A stretch of 27,325 nucleotides of DNA from a virus (taxonomy: Duplodnaviria > Caudoviricetes): IMG/VR virus record IMGVR_UViG_3300033475_000130, positions 1 to 27,325 of that record; one strand, 5' to 3'. The translations under genes were made by a program, and so were the position numbers. The notes beneath the pieces were generated by a model that made no database searches, was not told the DNA's origin, and was given only the letters and a program-made list of their open reading frames with translations. Below, in pieces: positions 8,739 through 16,246 of the stretch. Numbering within the stretch: position 1 is the first letter of the stretch; every line of letters starts with the position of its first letter.

Positions 8739-9064
8739 TGTGCATCTCTCCGCGCAATGGTCTGTGCTTCCAGGAGTTCAGCCTTATGACGAAGCTGCGC
8801 AATCTGGCGCTCACGCCACTCTTGGTGCCAGGACTTCACTGCCCGATATTCGTCGGCCCAGACCCGCGGAATTTCCATCCGCATGAGCTTTGCAACCCGG
8901 CTCGGCTTCATTTCAACGTGCCGCGCGATATCGGCGATGACGCGCTTGCGCCCCTCGCTAAGACGCTCGGTTACGACCTCATTGAGGAAGCTGCCGATCT
9001 CTTCTGCTTCAGTGGTTGTGCAGGACATTTGACGGTTCTGGATTTGTGACGAGATTTTCGACAT
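8735..9064 (-). CDS. Hypothetical phage regulator (HTH-like plus coiled coil, CII-like position)
   Basis: MSKISSQ...IADIARHVEMKPSRVAKL...RQIAQLRHKAELLEA. Confidence 0.55.
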   Translation of the reverse strand: MSKISSQIQNRQMSCTTTEAEEIGSFLNEVVTERLSEGRKRVIADIARHVEMKPSRVAKLMRMEIPRVWADEYRAVKSWHQEWRERQIAQLRHKAELLEAQTIARRDAQ

Positions 9065-9416
9065 TTGAAACGCACCCCGATGTTTGATGATCGACATCGA
9101 GAGCAGGGGAGGCACCAATGACCGACGACATGGAGGACGAAGGTCTGCCGGGCATCCAGCCGACATGGTGGCTAGGAACGCTTACGCGGCTCTGGCTTCT
9201 TGTGTGGAAGATTGTGACGGAAGAGGCTGTGACAGATGAAGATCGCCGTGACGCCAACAGGGATCGGCGCCTCGCGGAAGGAGACGAATAGGTGGCCCGG
9301 CGCAGACCGAGCCACACTACGGGAGAGCTGATGCCGACGGCGGTGGGGATCGCCGCGGCATCGTGCGCCTCTATGGACGACGAGCGCCCAGCGGGAGGTA
9401 ATGCTGCGCTGGTCAT
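9009..9416 (-). CDS. Possible hypothetical protein
   Basis: The ATGA overlap supports the start, but the sequence is low-complexity and overlaps the next gene. Confidence 0.3.
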   Translation of the reverse strand: MTSAALPPAGRSSSIEAHDAAAIPTAVGISSPVVWLGLRRATYSSPSARRRSLLASRRSSSVTASSVTIFHTRSQSRVSVPSHHVGWMPGRPSSSMSSVIGASPALDVDHQTSGCVSNVENLVTNPEPSNVLHNH

Positions 9417-9796
9417 GCGGGCTGGAGCATCTTCGGTCGCGCAGGCTCAGGGCGATGCAGCTTAATCCAGAGAGTGGCGACGATCTCCATGTCGCGCTCT
9501 TCGACGAACGCAGCTGCGAGTTCCGGCATCTGGGCGGAGGTTTTGACCGAAATTACGCGAGCGGCAAGTGCCGCAGAAGCGGCGCCCTCATTGTGTCGGT
9601 CATAGGCGCCGAAGAATGCGGCAACCGACTTAACCGATCGGTTAAGTTGCTCAGCAATGTAGCCATCGGTGAGGCTGAGCTTACGCATGGAGAGCGCATT
9701 CTCTCGCTCGTGCTTCGAAAAAGGACCAGCGATGAGCTCCGCACGCTGGAGTGGAGCGCGCGAAACGTCAGCACCGAAATCGCGAGCGGTCTTCAT
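9413..9796 (-). CDS. Hypothetical protein with HTH-like segment
   Basis: LTDGYIAEQLNRSVKSV; ATGA-coupled start at 9796. Confidence 0.6.
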   Translation of the reverse strand: MKTARDFGADVSRAPLQRAELIAGPFSKHERENALSMRKLSLTDGYIAEQLNRSVKSVAAFFGAYDRHNEGAASAALAARVISVKTSAQMPELAAAFVEERDMEIVATLWIKLHRPEPARPKMLQPA

Positions 9797-10215
9797 TCGC
9801 AACCGCGCCCCACTTCGCCCTTGTTCTTCGGAGAGGTGAACTCCTTCCAGTGCCGCCAACCGGACGGACAAGCGAATCCCCATTCCCGCACGCGCGGGCC
9901 GGTGATGAACAACGTCCAGCATGTCTCGTCGGGGCGGATCTCGATGCGGTGCAACTGCTCGGCGCGACGGAAGATGACCGACCCGCGCCGGCGGATCAGA
10001 TTGCGGCCCGGCATGCGCTCCAGATACCGACCCTTGAGCAGAATGGAGATGTTCCACCACGGATGGTCGTGCATCGCACGGTCATCGTCGCTGTGACGGA
10101 ACTCGTGCAGGTACACGTTGAAACGGCTATTGCGCGGAATCAGCCACCAGCGCCGCAGATAGGGATCGGCAGGATCTCCAATGACGAAATCCGGAGCGCG
10201 CCTGAAAATACTCAT
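9793..10215 (-). CDS. Phage cupin-fold (RmlC-like) metalloprotein
   Basis: YLRRWWL..NVYLHEF..SDDDRAMHDHPW..ILLKGRYLE..LHRI..WTLFITGP..WGF. Confidence 0.8.
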   Translation of the reverse strand: MSIFRRAPDFVIGDPADPYLRRWWLIPRNSRFNVYLHEFRHSDDDRAMHDHPWWNISILLKGRYLERMPGRNLIRRRGSVIFRRAEQLHRIEIRPDETCWTLFITGPRVREWGFACPSGWRHWKEFTSPKNKGEVGRGCE

Positions 10216-10457
10216 GCCTTGACTCCTGGGGCACCGACGGCCCCCACTTGGAAGACGGTGTGCGGCTTCCGCGGGCAGAGCTGGTTCTGGCACTCAAGGT
10301 TCGCGCCTGGCGGGCAGATGCAGCCCATTGGGAGTCGGCCCTCGGGGGGTTCGACCCGCAGGGACGGAGGGGCATCCACGCGGGAACGGAACCAGCATTC
10401 GCCGGAATGGACGATCCCGCAGGACGGGCAGGCGGCGGGGCACGATGCTGTGCTCAT
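10212..10457 (-). CDS. Small Cys-rich (Zn-binding) protein
   Basis: CPSCGIVHSGEC...GCICPPGANLECQNQLCP; coupled overlaps. Confidence 0.6.
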   Translation of the reverse strand: MSTASCPAACPSCGIVHSGECWFRSRVDAPPSLRVEPPEGRLPMGCICPPGANLECQNQLCPRKPHTVFQVGAVGAPGVKA

Positions 10458-10663
10458 TCGACACCTCGGATCTGGCTGGCCAACGCCAAGGTGGGTGAAT
10501 GCGCCGCACGGTCGCGCCGATCGTCATGGGGCGGGTCGCAGCGCACGACCGGGCAATAGTGCAGCCCATGGGTCTCACGCGCCGCGCCGCAGTGCGTGCA
10601 AACCACCAGCAGCCGTTCGCGCGGCGATGTGGAGGATGCGGCCCTCATCGTTCCGCTGCTCAT
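10454..10663 (-). CDS. Small Cys/His-rich protein
   Basis: VCTHCGAARETHGLHYCP; ATGA overlaps. Confidence 0.5.
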   Translation of the reverse strand: MSSGTMRAASSTSPRERLLVVCTHCGAARETHGLHYCPVVRCDPPHDDRRDRAAHSPTLALASQIRGVE

Positions 10664-10929
10664 GCGCTCCCTCCGGTGGGTGCTGGGCCAGTCTGGACGC
10701 CGAGAAGGCGGTGGGCGTCCAGGATGCGCAGAACATGCCGCTCCGGCAGCCCCAGAGACCGGGCGATGATGTGCGGCTTTTTGCCGCTGCGGGCGAAGCT
10801 CAGCACCAGCGTCGCCACACGCGCACGCTCAGCCCGCGCCATGGCCATGCCGGCCTGGAACATAGCCTCCTTGATCTGAGCCCCTGCGGTCTCGATCTGG
10901 GCGGCCAGCGGTGCGCTGAGCGTGATCAT
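10660..10929 (-). CDS. Small HTH protein
   Basis: GKKPHIIARSLGLPERHVLRIL. Confidence 0.65.
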   Translation of the reverse strand: MITLSAPLAAQIETAGAQIKEAMFQAGMAMARAERARVATLVLSFARSGKKPHIIARSLGLPERHVLRILDAHRLLGVQTGPAPTGGSA

Positions 10930-10947
10930 GCTGCGTGCCCCAGTGCT

Positions 10948-11511
10948 TCAGGCAGCCGAGCGAGTTTGGATCAAGATCCCGACATGGCCGGGCGGCACAT
11001 CCATGATCATCTCGGTGCCACCAGCTACGTCGAAGTTGGTGTGCATTTCGACCAGGCTCCCCAGCGCGGAGAGACGATCGAGAGACAGCCCATCCAGCGA
11101 ACCGGCCGGGCCACTTCCGTCTTTTGCCGCGCCGTCGGCGGACTTCTTCTCCGAGGGATTGTTTTGCAGGCCCGCGGCCGTTTCTTGCGCCAAAGTACTG
11201 GCGCCCTCGCCAATGGGAGTTCCATGGCCAAAAAGCCGCGCTGCGCGACTGGATACCTTGCCGCCAACGCCTCCTGCGCCACAGGAAACGTCGAGGCTGT
11301 GGGAGGCCGCACTCAGTTCGAACGTCTCCCCATCGATCCGCATCTCGGCGATTGCCGCCGGCGCGCCGGTGAGGAGAAAATCATAGATCGTCCGGGCATC
11401 GCGGAGCACATCAACCGTGCTCTTGTGACCGTCGCTTGCACGCGCCAGACGTTCGGCTGCCTCAAGAGCGCTATGCCGAACCGTGACGATCTCAAGAGGT
11501 GTGAGGCTCAT
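10948..11511 (-). CDS. Hypothetical phage protein
   Basis: AGGAG RBS upstream; N-terminal helical motif RHSALEAA...VLRDARTIYDFL. Confidence 0.55.
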   Translation of the reverse strand: MSLTPLEIVTVRHSALEAAERLARASDGHKSTVDVLRDARTIYDFLLTGAPAAIAEMRIDGETFELSAASHSLDVSCGAGGVGGKVSSRAARLFGHGTPIGEGASTLAQETAAGLQNNPSEKKSADGAAKDGSGPAGSLDGLSLDRLSALGSLVEMHTNFDVAGGTEMIMDVPPGHVGILIQTRSAA

Positions 11512-11532
11512 AGGACGTCTCCTAGAAGAGGT

Positions 11533-11610
11533 TCAGAGTTTTCCGACAATGAAGCCAAGGCGAACCACGATGACGAGGCAGATCACCGCCAACGCGAGCT
11601 GCAGGATCAC
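11533..11610 (-). CDS. 25-aa single-TM microprotein
   Basis: GTG start overlaps the upstream TGA: MILQLALAVICLVIVVRLGFIVGKL*. Confidence 0.5.
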   Translation of the reverse strand: MILQLALAVICLVIVVRLGFIVGKL

Positions 11611-11756
11611 TGCAAACTAGATGGCAGTGGCTCTGCTTCTGTGTCTGGCGCGAACAAGCGGCAGCACGCGCAGAGTCCGAGACAAAGGCCTGCAGCAAAG
11701 CCTATGACGCTGGACAAGAGGCAGCCCGAAAGAATGGCGAGGAAGACCCAGATCAT
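11607..11756 (-). CDS. 49-aa membrane microprotein
   Basis: [38 protein letters not shown]...; ATGA overlap. Confidence 0.55.
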   Translation of the reverse strand: MIWVFLAILSGCLLSSVIGFAAGLCLGLCACCRLFAPDTEAEPLPSSLQ

Positions 11757-11839
11757 CCTCCGCATTCCCTCGCTTGGACGAGCAGCCAATCGAAGTACAG
11801 CGCGATCGCGATGGTTCCCAGGATGAGGTGCGTGATCAT
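11753..11839 (-). CDS. 28-aa single-TM microprotein
   Basis: [28 protein letters not shown]; ATGA overlaps at both ends. Confidence 0.5.
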   Translation of the reverse strand: MITHLILGTIAIALYFDWLLVQARECGG

Positions 11840-12186
11840 GGTTGAGCCTTCCATGGCGTGGCAGCGCCACCACCACAGCCGTAGCCAGTGGCGACTATGC
11901 CCTTCACCGGCGCGGCACTCACTGTGAGGTATTGCTCGATGATTTTGGCCGCTTCGACAGCGCGCTCAGCGGTGCGCGGATCTGGAGTTGGCTGACCGGC
12001 CAAAGCGATGCTGAGAGCTTTCTCCCGCCTTTCGGAGGACAACATGACCCGGCCGCTATGGACGAGGCCAATACAGAGATCGATGCATTCGTTGCAGATG
12101 AACACCGCAGGTCCCGCGATGAGCTTGCCGACGTCATCCTTGTCCTTGCCGCAAAACGAGCAGACGAGCTTCGATCCGATGCTCAC
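11836..12186 (-). CDS. Stand-alone ClpX C4-type zinc-finger domain protein
   Basis: [32 protein letters not shown] matches the ClpX N-domain; no AAA+ module; GTG start at 12186. Confidence 0.88.
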   Translation of the reverse strand: MSIGSKLVCSFCGKDKDDVGKLIAGPAVFICNECIDLCIGLVHSGRVMLSSERREKALSIALAGQPTPDPRTAERAVEAAKIIEQYLTVSAAPVKGIVATGYGCGGGAATPWKAQP

Positions 12187-12356
12187 GGCGCGTCCTTCTC
12201 GACAACGCGAAGCCCGATCATGTCGGCGGCCCGCTCCACCAACTGCCGAGAGGCCTTTGGCCCCAGCGTTTCGACGACAACCAGCGCAAGCCTGCCGCGG
12301 GGAATGCGGATCAAATGAACGCCGGTCTGAATGGGGATGGTGAGTTGCTGGCTCAT
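12183..12356 (-). CDS. Hypothetical 57-aa protein
   Basis: [12 protein letters not shown]...; coupled to the cro stop and the next start. Confidence 0.55.
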   Translation of the reverse strand: MSQQLTIPIQTGVHLIRIPRGRLALVVVETLGPKASRQLVERAADMIGLRVVEKDAP

Positions 12357-12595
12357 GCCGCCTGCCTCGACGGGCGCGAGCAACCTTCCGGCCAAGCAAT
12401 ATCGCTTGACCATTGATCGGAGAGCCACATCATTGCGCGTTCATAGCTGCGAACGGTCAGACTGCTTCTGCCCGAGGCGACGCTGTCCAGCCTTCGGCTG
12501 TCACGGAATATCTCCCCGGACACAGTCGCCCGAGAGACGCCGCGGTGGGCGGCATAAGCGTCGGCACAACGGAGGAGTTGCTGAGCGAGGTCCAT
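12353..12595 (-). CDS. Cro-like regulator
   Basis: [30 protein letters not shown]...WLSDQW...WPEGCSRP; divergent from the repressor. Confidence 0.8.
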   Translation of the reverse strand: MDLAQQLLRCADAYAAHRGVSRATVSGEIFRDSRRLDSVASGRSSLTVRSYERAMMWLSDQWSSDIAWPEGCSRPSRQAA

Positions 12596-12600
12596 GCGCC

Positions 12601-12691
12601 ATGATATGGGGTAAATATACCGCGTTCGTCAAGCGGAAAGTGGGATATCTACACCGTCACGACCGCGTTTGATGTGCGGTTAAAATACCGC
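12601..12691. promoter_or_regulatory. OR-like switch: three operators and divergent promoters
   Basis: GGTAAATATACC 12610-12621, GGGATATCTACACC 12642-12655, GGTTAAAATACC 12678-12689; TTGACG on - (12632-12627); TAAAAT on + (12681-12686). Confidence 0.75.
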
Positions 12692-13126
12692 ATGGACTGC
12701 GAACTGATGCGCGAACGTATCCGGGAAGCGATAGCTGCGGCTGGCACGACTGCCAATCGGGCCAGCGTGGCCCTCGGCTGGGACCGGGGCTACGTTGGCA
12801 AGTTGGGGACAGTCCAGGCGGGGAAGGTGCCGGAGCCAGGGGCGTTGAAGCTTAAGTTGCTCGCGCGCTATCTGGGAGTTCCATCATCCTGGTTCGTCGA
12901 TGCCATTGATCCGGATGCGGCTGAGCGAGCCCGTGGCGTCAAGTGGCCGCCCCCTGATTCTTCTCATGTCGAGGTCTCCCCAAAGCCGGGCCAATTCATC
13001 GAAAATCGTGACGAACTCGCCCTCCTGGCGTTCTGGCGACCGCTTGGGAAGGATAAGCAGCGCTTTATGCTCGATTTGCTCAGGAACGGGGCGTTGGGCG
13101 CTACCATGGATTCGGAAGCTTCGTAA
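12692..13126 (+). CDS. CI-like XRE repressor without S24 peptidase domain
   Basis: HTH TANRASVALGWDRGYVGKL...PGALKLKLLARYLGVPSSW; short helical C-terminus DELALLAFWRPL. Confidence 0.8.
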   Translation: MDCELMRERIREAIAAAGTTANRASVALGWDRGYVGKLGTVQAGKVPEPGALKLKLLARYLGVPSSWFVDAIDPDAAERARGVKWPPPDSSHVEVSPKPGQFIENRDELALLAFWRPLGKDKQRFMLDLLRNGALGATMDSEAS

Positions 13127-13264
13127 CTCAACCACTTCACCCATTTGTCTTATCTCTTTTGGCGTAGATGATTATCGTTGCGCCAGCACCCTAACAGCTT
13201 TGTGAGATTATTGACCCAATAGAGATTTTAAATATCTTTCTTGGTTTAATCGGTTTTTCAGAAA

Positions 13265-13705
13265 TTATTCCCTCATATCGGCGCGAGAAAGGAAAATTCT
13301 TTCTAATTTGCTCGCAATCTTGGGAACTGCTCGGGACACACCCATGACAAGCCGCACTGTTGGAATAACGAGGGTGGTCCTCTGGTCGCCCGCTAGGCGG
13401 CGGGTGATGAGCAGCCGCATGTCGGCGAGCCGGTAGATCTCCTGCCTGACAGCGAAGGTGCTGGCGAGCTGGGCTGCATGCCGCTGATAGTGACCTACCG
13501 CGGCGTGATGTCCGCGCCCGAATTCAACCAAGATAGCGCGCACCAGCTCCAGGCGGAGCGGGCTTTTCTTAATGACGTCGCCGAGCAGCCCCCCGAGCGC
13601 CTTATCCCGGTCATCGAGGAAGCGGCGCACAAGGATGAGATCGCGGTGGACCGACGGATCGAGAGAGCCGAACGGCGCCTCCGCGTCGAGGTTAGGGGCG
13701 GGCAT
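13265..13705 (-). CDS. MarR-like winged-helix protein (accessory)
   Basis: AVRQEIYRLADMRLLITRRLAGDQRTTLVIPT wing motif. Confidence 0.6.
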   Translation of the reverse strand: MPAPNLDAEAPFGSLDPSVHRDLILVRRFLDDRDKALGGLLGDVIKKSPLRLELVRAILVEFGRGHHAAVGHYQRHAAQLASTFAVRQEIYRLADMRLLITRRLAGDQRTTLVIPTVRLVMGVSRAVPKIASKLERIFLSRADMRE

Positions 13706-13794
13706 AGCCGGCGCACTATGGAGCTACCCCAACCACGGCTCAAGCTATTCGAGGGTGTAGGCTACCATGCTAGCGCCAGGCCGATTTTGGCCGG

Positions 13795-14481
13795 CTATTG
13801 ACCCAGTAAGAACTGAACCATCGTATTCCCACCGATCTTATAGAACCGAAATGTGGAACTGTAAGTCTGAGCATTGCTCATTGTAACAGTAGCGGAGCAG
13901 TGCTCCTGGTCATCGTCTGATGAAATCTGTTCGGCATTCGCCCAGTTCACGATGGACAGACCGTCTACTTTGCCCAGGGGAGCGTTGGCTATAGCGGACT
14001 CCACACTTTGCTTGGCGATATTGCTATCGCACGCGGGAAAAGATCGTCCGCCAGAAGCAGCATAGTCGAGCTCTCCCCCACTTTGGACGAACGTCCAGAT
14101 GAACGCTGCGGTCGCCGCCGCAACAATTCCCGTTGAGATCAGCTCAGCCCCGCCGGAGAGGACGGCGGAGCGCATTCCTGCTGTTTGCGGCTGTCCGCAG
14201 TGCGGACAAGCTTTCGCCCGCGGCGAGACAATGCCGCCGCACGAATTGCAGGGCGCCGCATCGGCCATTGGTTTGGCCCTTCTTGACGGAAGCGCCTCCA
14301 GGACGAGGCACAAAAACGGAAGAAAGAAGCAGCAGAACGACCAAGACCCGGAGAATCCTTTTCTTTTTGCAACCAGCCAGCCGGATACCGCGCCGGCAAT
14401 AGCGACGATGAGCATCGACCAAAGTTGAATCGCTGACACGAGGGCCTCCCGTTTTCGTGAAGGTAGCCGGATTGCCGCCAC
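13795..14481 (-). CDS. Membrane protein with zinc ribbon and C-terminal extracytoplasmic domain (accessory)
   Basis: TM segments flanking VAKRKGFSGSW..F, CNSCGGIVSPRAKACPHCG, third TM, FPACDS...HCSA; start may be ATG 14415. Confidence 0.7.
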   Translation of the reverse strand: MAAIRLPSRKREALVSAIQLWSMLIVAIAGAVSGWLVAKRKGFSGSWSFCCFFLPFLCLVLEALPSRRAKPMADAAPCNSCGGIVSPRAKACPHCGQPQTAGMRSAVLSGGAELISTGIVAAATAAFIWTFVQSGGELDYAASGGRSFPACDSNIAKQSVESAIANAPLGKVDGLSIVNWANAEQISSDDDQEHCSATVTMSNAQTYSSTFRFYKIGGNTMVQFLLGQ

Positions 14482-14488
14482 TTTGAAG

Positions 14489-14542
14489 GGTGTAAATATC
14501 CCGCAGTTTTCTGTTGACGATGTGGTAAATATACCTCATTCT
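14489..14542 (+). promoter_or_regulatory. OL/PL-like promoter with two operators
   Basis: GGTGTAAATATCCC 14489-14502; TTGACG 14514-14519, N17, CATTCT 14537-14542, with GGTAAATATACC 14524-14535 in the spacer. Confidence 0.75.
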
Positions 14543-14579
14543 TTCTTCTCCGGGACGCGCCACGGCAAGGGGATGAGAG

Positions 14580-15320
14580 ATGAACGACCTCGCTATCCAC
14601 CACTTCGAGAACAAGCCAATTCGGGTCATTCCTGGCACGGATGGCGAGGCTTGGTTCGTGGCTCCCGACGTCTGCCGGGTGCTGGAGATGTCGGATGTGA
14701 CCTCGGCGCTACGCGTCCTCGATGAGGATGAAAAGGGTCCGCTGACTGTGCGGACCCCTGGCGGCGAGCAGATGGTCAACTGCATCTCCGAGCCGGGCCT
14801 TTACAAGCTCATGTCCCGTAGCCGTAAGCCGGAAGCCAAGCGCTTTGACAGGTGGGTGCGCCACGAGGTGCTGCCGGAGATCCGGCGCAGCGGGGGCTAC
14901 ATGCTGGCCGGCCCTGACGAGACGCCGGAAGAGCTCGCGCTCCGCGCCCTTACTGTGCTGCAGGCGACTGTCGAGCGCCAGAAGGCCCAGCTCGCTGTCG
15001 CGATGCCGAAGGCAGAAGCGCTCGATCGCATCTCGGAAGCCGAAGGCAGCTTGTCGGTGACCGCCGCTGCCAAAGCGCTTCACATGCGACCGAAGGACCT
15101 CTTCGCCTTCCTGCAGCGCCACGCCTGGATCTACCGCCGCGCCGGTTCTGGAACCTTCCTTGGCTACTCGTCAAAGACTGTCAGTGGCCTCGTCGAGCAC
15201 AAGGTGACGACCGTGGAGCGCGCCGACGGCACCGATCGGGTGATCGAGCAGGTGCTCATCACCGCCAAAGGCCTCACGCGGCTGGCCGCGTTGATCAAGC
15301 CCATCGGCATCGCCGCTTAA
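14580..15320 (+). CDS. Phage antirepressor (BRO-N plus ANT/KilAC domains)
   Basis: GEAWFVAPDVCRVL..ISEPGLYKL..SRKPEAKRFDRWVRHEVLPEIRRSGGY; PKAEALDRI..EGSLSVTAAAKAL..QVLITAKGLTRL. Confidence 0.93.
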   Translation: MNDLAIHHFENKPIRVIPGTDGEAWFVAPDVCRVLEMSDVTSALRVLDEDEKGPLTVRTPGGEQMVNCISEPGLYKLMSRSRKPEAKRFDRWVRHEVLPEIRRSGGYMLAGPDETPEELALRALTVLQATVERQKAQLAVAMPKAEALDRISEAEGSLSVTAAAKALHMRPKDLFAFLQRHAWIYRRAGSGTFLGYSSKTVSGLVEHKVTTVERADGTDRVIEQVLITAKGLTRLAALIKPIGIAA

Positions 15321-15400
15321 CCTCGCGCTTAACTTTCGCGTTTGCCGACGCCCAGCGAAGCGTCGGCCTTCGTGAGCGTTAGCTTCACAAGGAAATCGAA

Positions 15401-16246
15401 ATGTCCAAGCGTAAGAAGGCTGAGGCAGAGATCCCCAGCGACGTGGCTGCTGAAGAGATCGTCTCCGTCAAAGGCTTCGACGCCGATCTGAAATGCCGAG
15501 GATTCCAATACGAGATCGGCAAGACCTACGAGATCGACGGCGAAATCCAGGCCTGCGAGCGCGGCTTCCACGCGATCGAGGGGCATCCCTTGGAGGTCTT
15601 CAGCTATTATGCCCCAGCGAGCAGCCGGTTTGCTCTCGTGCGCCAGAGCGGCGCGCTGAGCCGCGATAGCGATGATAGCAAGGTTGCTTCGGCAAAGATC
15701 ACGGTCGATGCCGAGATTCGCATCCCCGAGATCGTCAAGCGCACATGGGAATGGGTCTGGTCTCGCGCCAAGCTTGAAGAAGGGGCCTCCGCGACCGGCT
15801 ACCAGGGCGCTGCCTCCGCGACCGGCGACCGGGGCGCTGCCTCCGCGACCGGCGACCGGGGCGCTGCCTCCGCGACCGGCTACCAGGGCGCTGCCTCCGC
15901 GACCGGCAACCTGGGCGCTGCCTCCGCGACCGGCAACCAGGGCGCTGCCTCCGCGACCGGCAACCAGGGCGCTGCCTCCGCGACCGGCAACCTGGGCGCT
16001 GCCTCCGCGACCGGCGACCGGGGCGCTGCCTCCGCGACCGGCGACCGGGGCGCTGCCTCCGCGACCGGCCGTTATGGAAAAGCCATGGGCGCCGACGGTT
16101 GCGCGCTCTTCCTTCTCTACCGCGACGAGGATTGGAAGATCATCCATGCGCGCGCGGTGATCGTTGGGCGGGACGGGATCAAGCCTCTTACTTGGTACCA
16201 GCTGAACGACAGCGGATTGCCGGTCGAGTGCGAGGCGCCGCGATGA
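15401..16246 (+). CDS. Phage protein with conserved N-domain (DUF7666-like) and a 9-aa GAASATGxx repeat
   Basis: KGFDADLKCRGFQYEIGKTY..ACERGFHA..PLEVFSYY; 11 ASATG units; C-terminal VGRDGIKPLTWYQL; AAGGA RBS. Confidence 0.8.
   Translation: MSKRKKAEAEIPSDVAAEEIVSVKGFDADLKCRGFQYEIGKTYEIDGEIQACERGFHAIEGHPLEVFSYYAPASSRFALVRQSGALSRDSDDSKVASAKITVDAEIRIPEIVKRTWEWVWSRAKLEEGASATGYQGAASATGDRGAASATGDRGAASATGYQGAASATGNLGAASATGNQGAASATGNQGAASATGNLGAASATGDRGAASATGDRGAASATGRYGKAMGADGCALFLLYRDEDWKIIHARAVIVGRDGIKPLTWYQLNDSGLPVECEAPR
15785..16069 (+). repeat. 27-nt in-frame tandem repeat, 10 full copies plus 1 partial
   Basis: Invariant GGCGCTGCCTCCGCGACCGGC at 15806, 15833 ... 16049, separated by the 6-mer NACCNG. 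Confidence 0.98.

Noticed and set aside
9751-11826. 691-aa + strand ORF
   Set aside because: It is mostly the in-register antisense of the - strand genes (9793, 10660 and 10948 share its frame), is Arg/Ala/Pro-rich with no motifs, and the opposite strand has coupled genes with recognisable domains.
11836-12399. Full clpX gene, or the 187-aa ORF as listed in the track
   Set aside because: There is no AAA+ domain, and the upstream extension overlaps cro and the 57-aa gene; the real start is most likely GTG 12186.
15321-15370. nut site or terminator after the antirepressor (stem GCCGACGC/GCGTCGGC)
   Set aside because: The hairpin is real but has no U-tract, only a weak boxA resemblance, and no N-like gene was identified.
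15785-16069. CRISPR array (constant repeat with variable spacers)
   Set aside because: The spacers are only 6 nt and recur, the period is 27 nt in-frame within a gene, and no cas genes are present.
15329-16160. Alternative-frame repeat ORFs (VAGRGGSA on -, LPPRPAT on +)
   Set aside because: They are shadows of a stop-free GC-rich 27-nt repeat; only the 15401-16246 frame has an RBS and conserved flanking domains.
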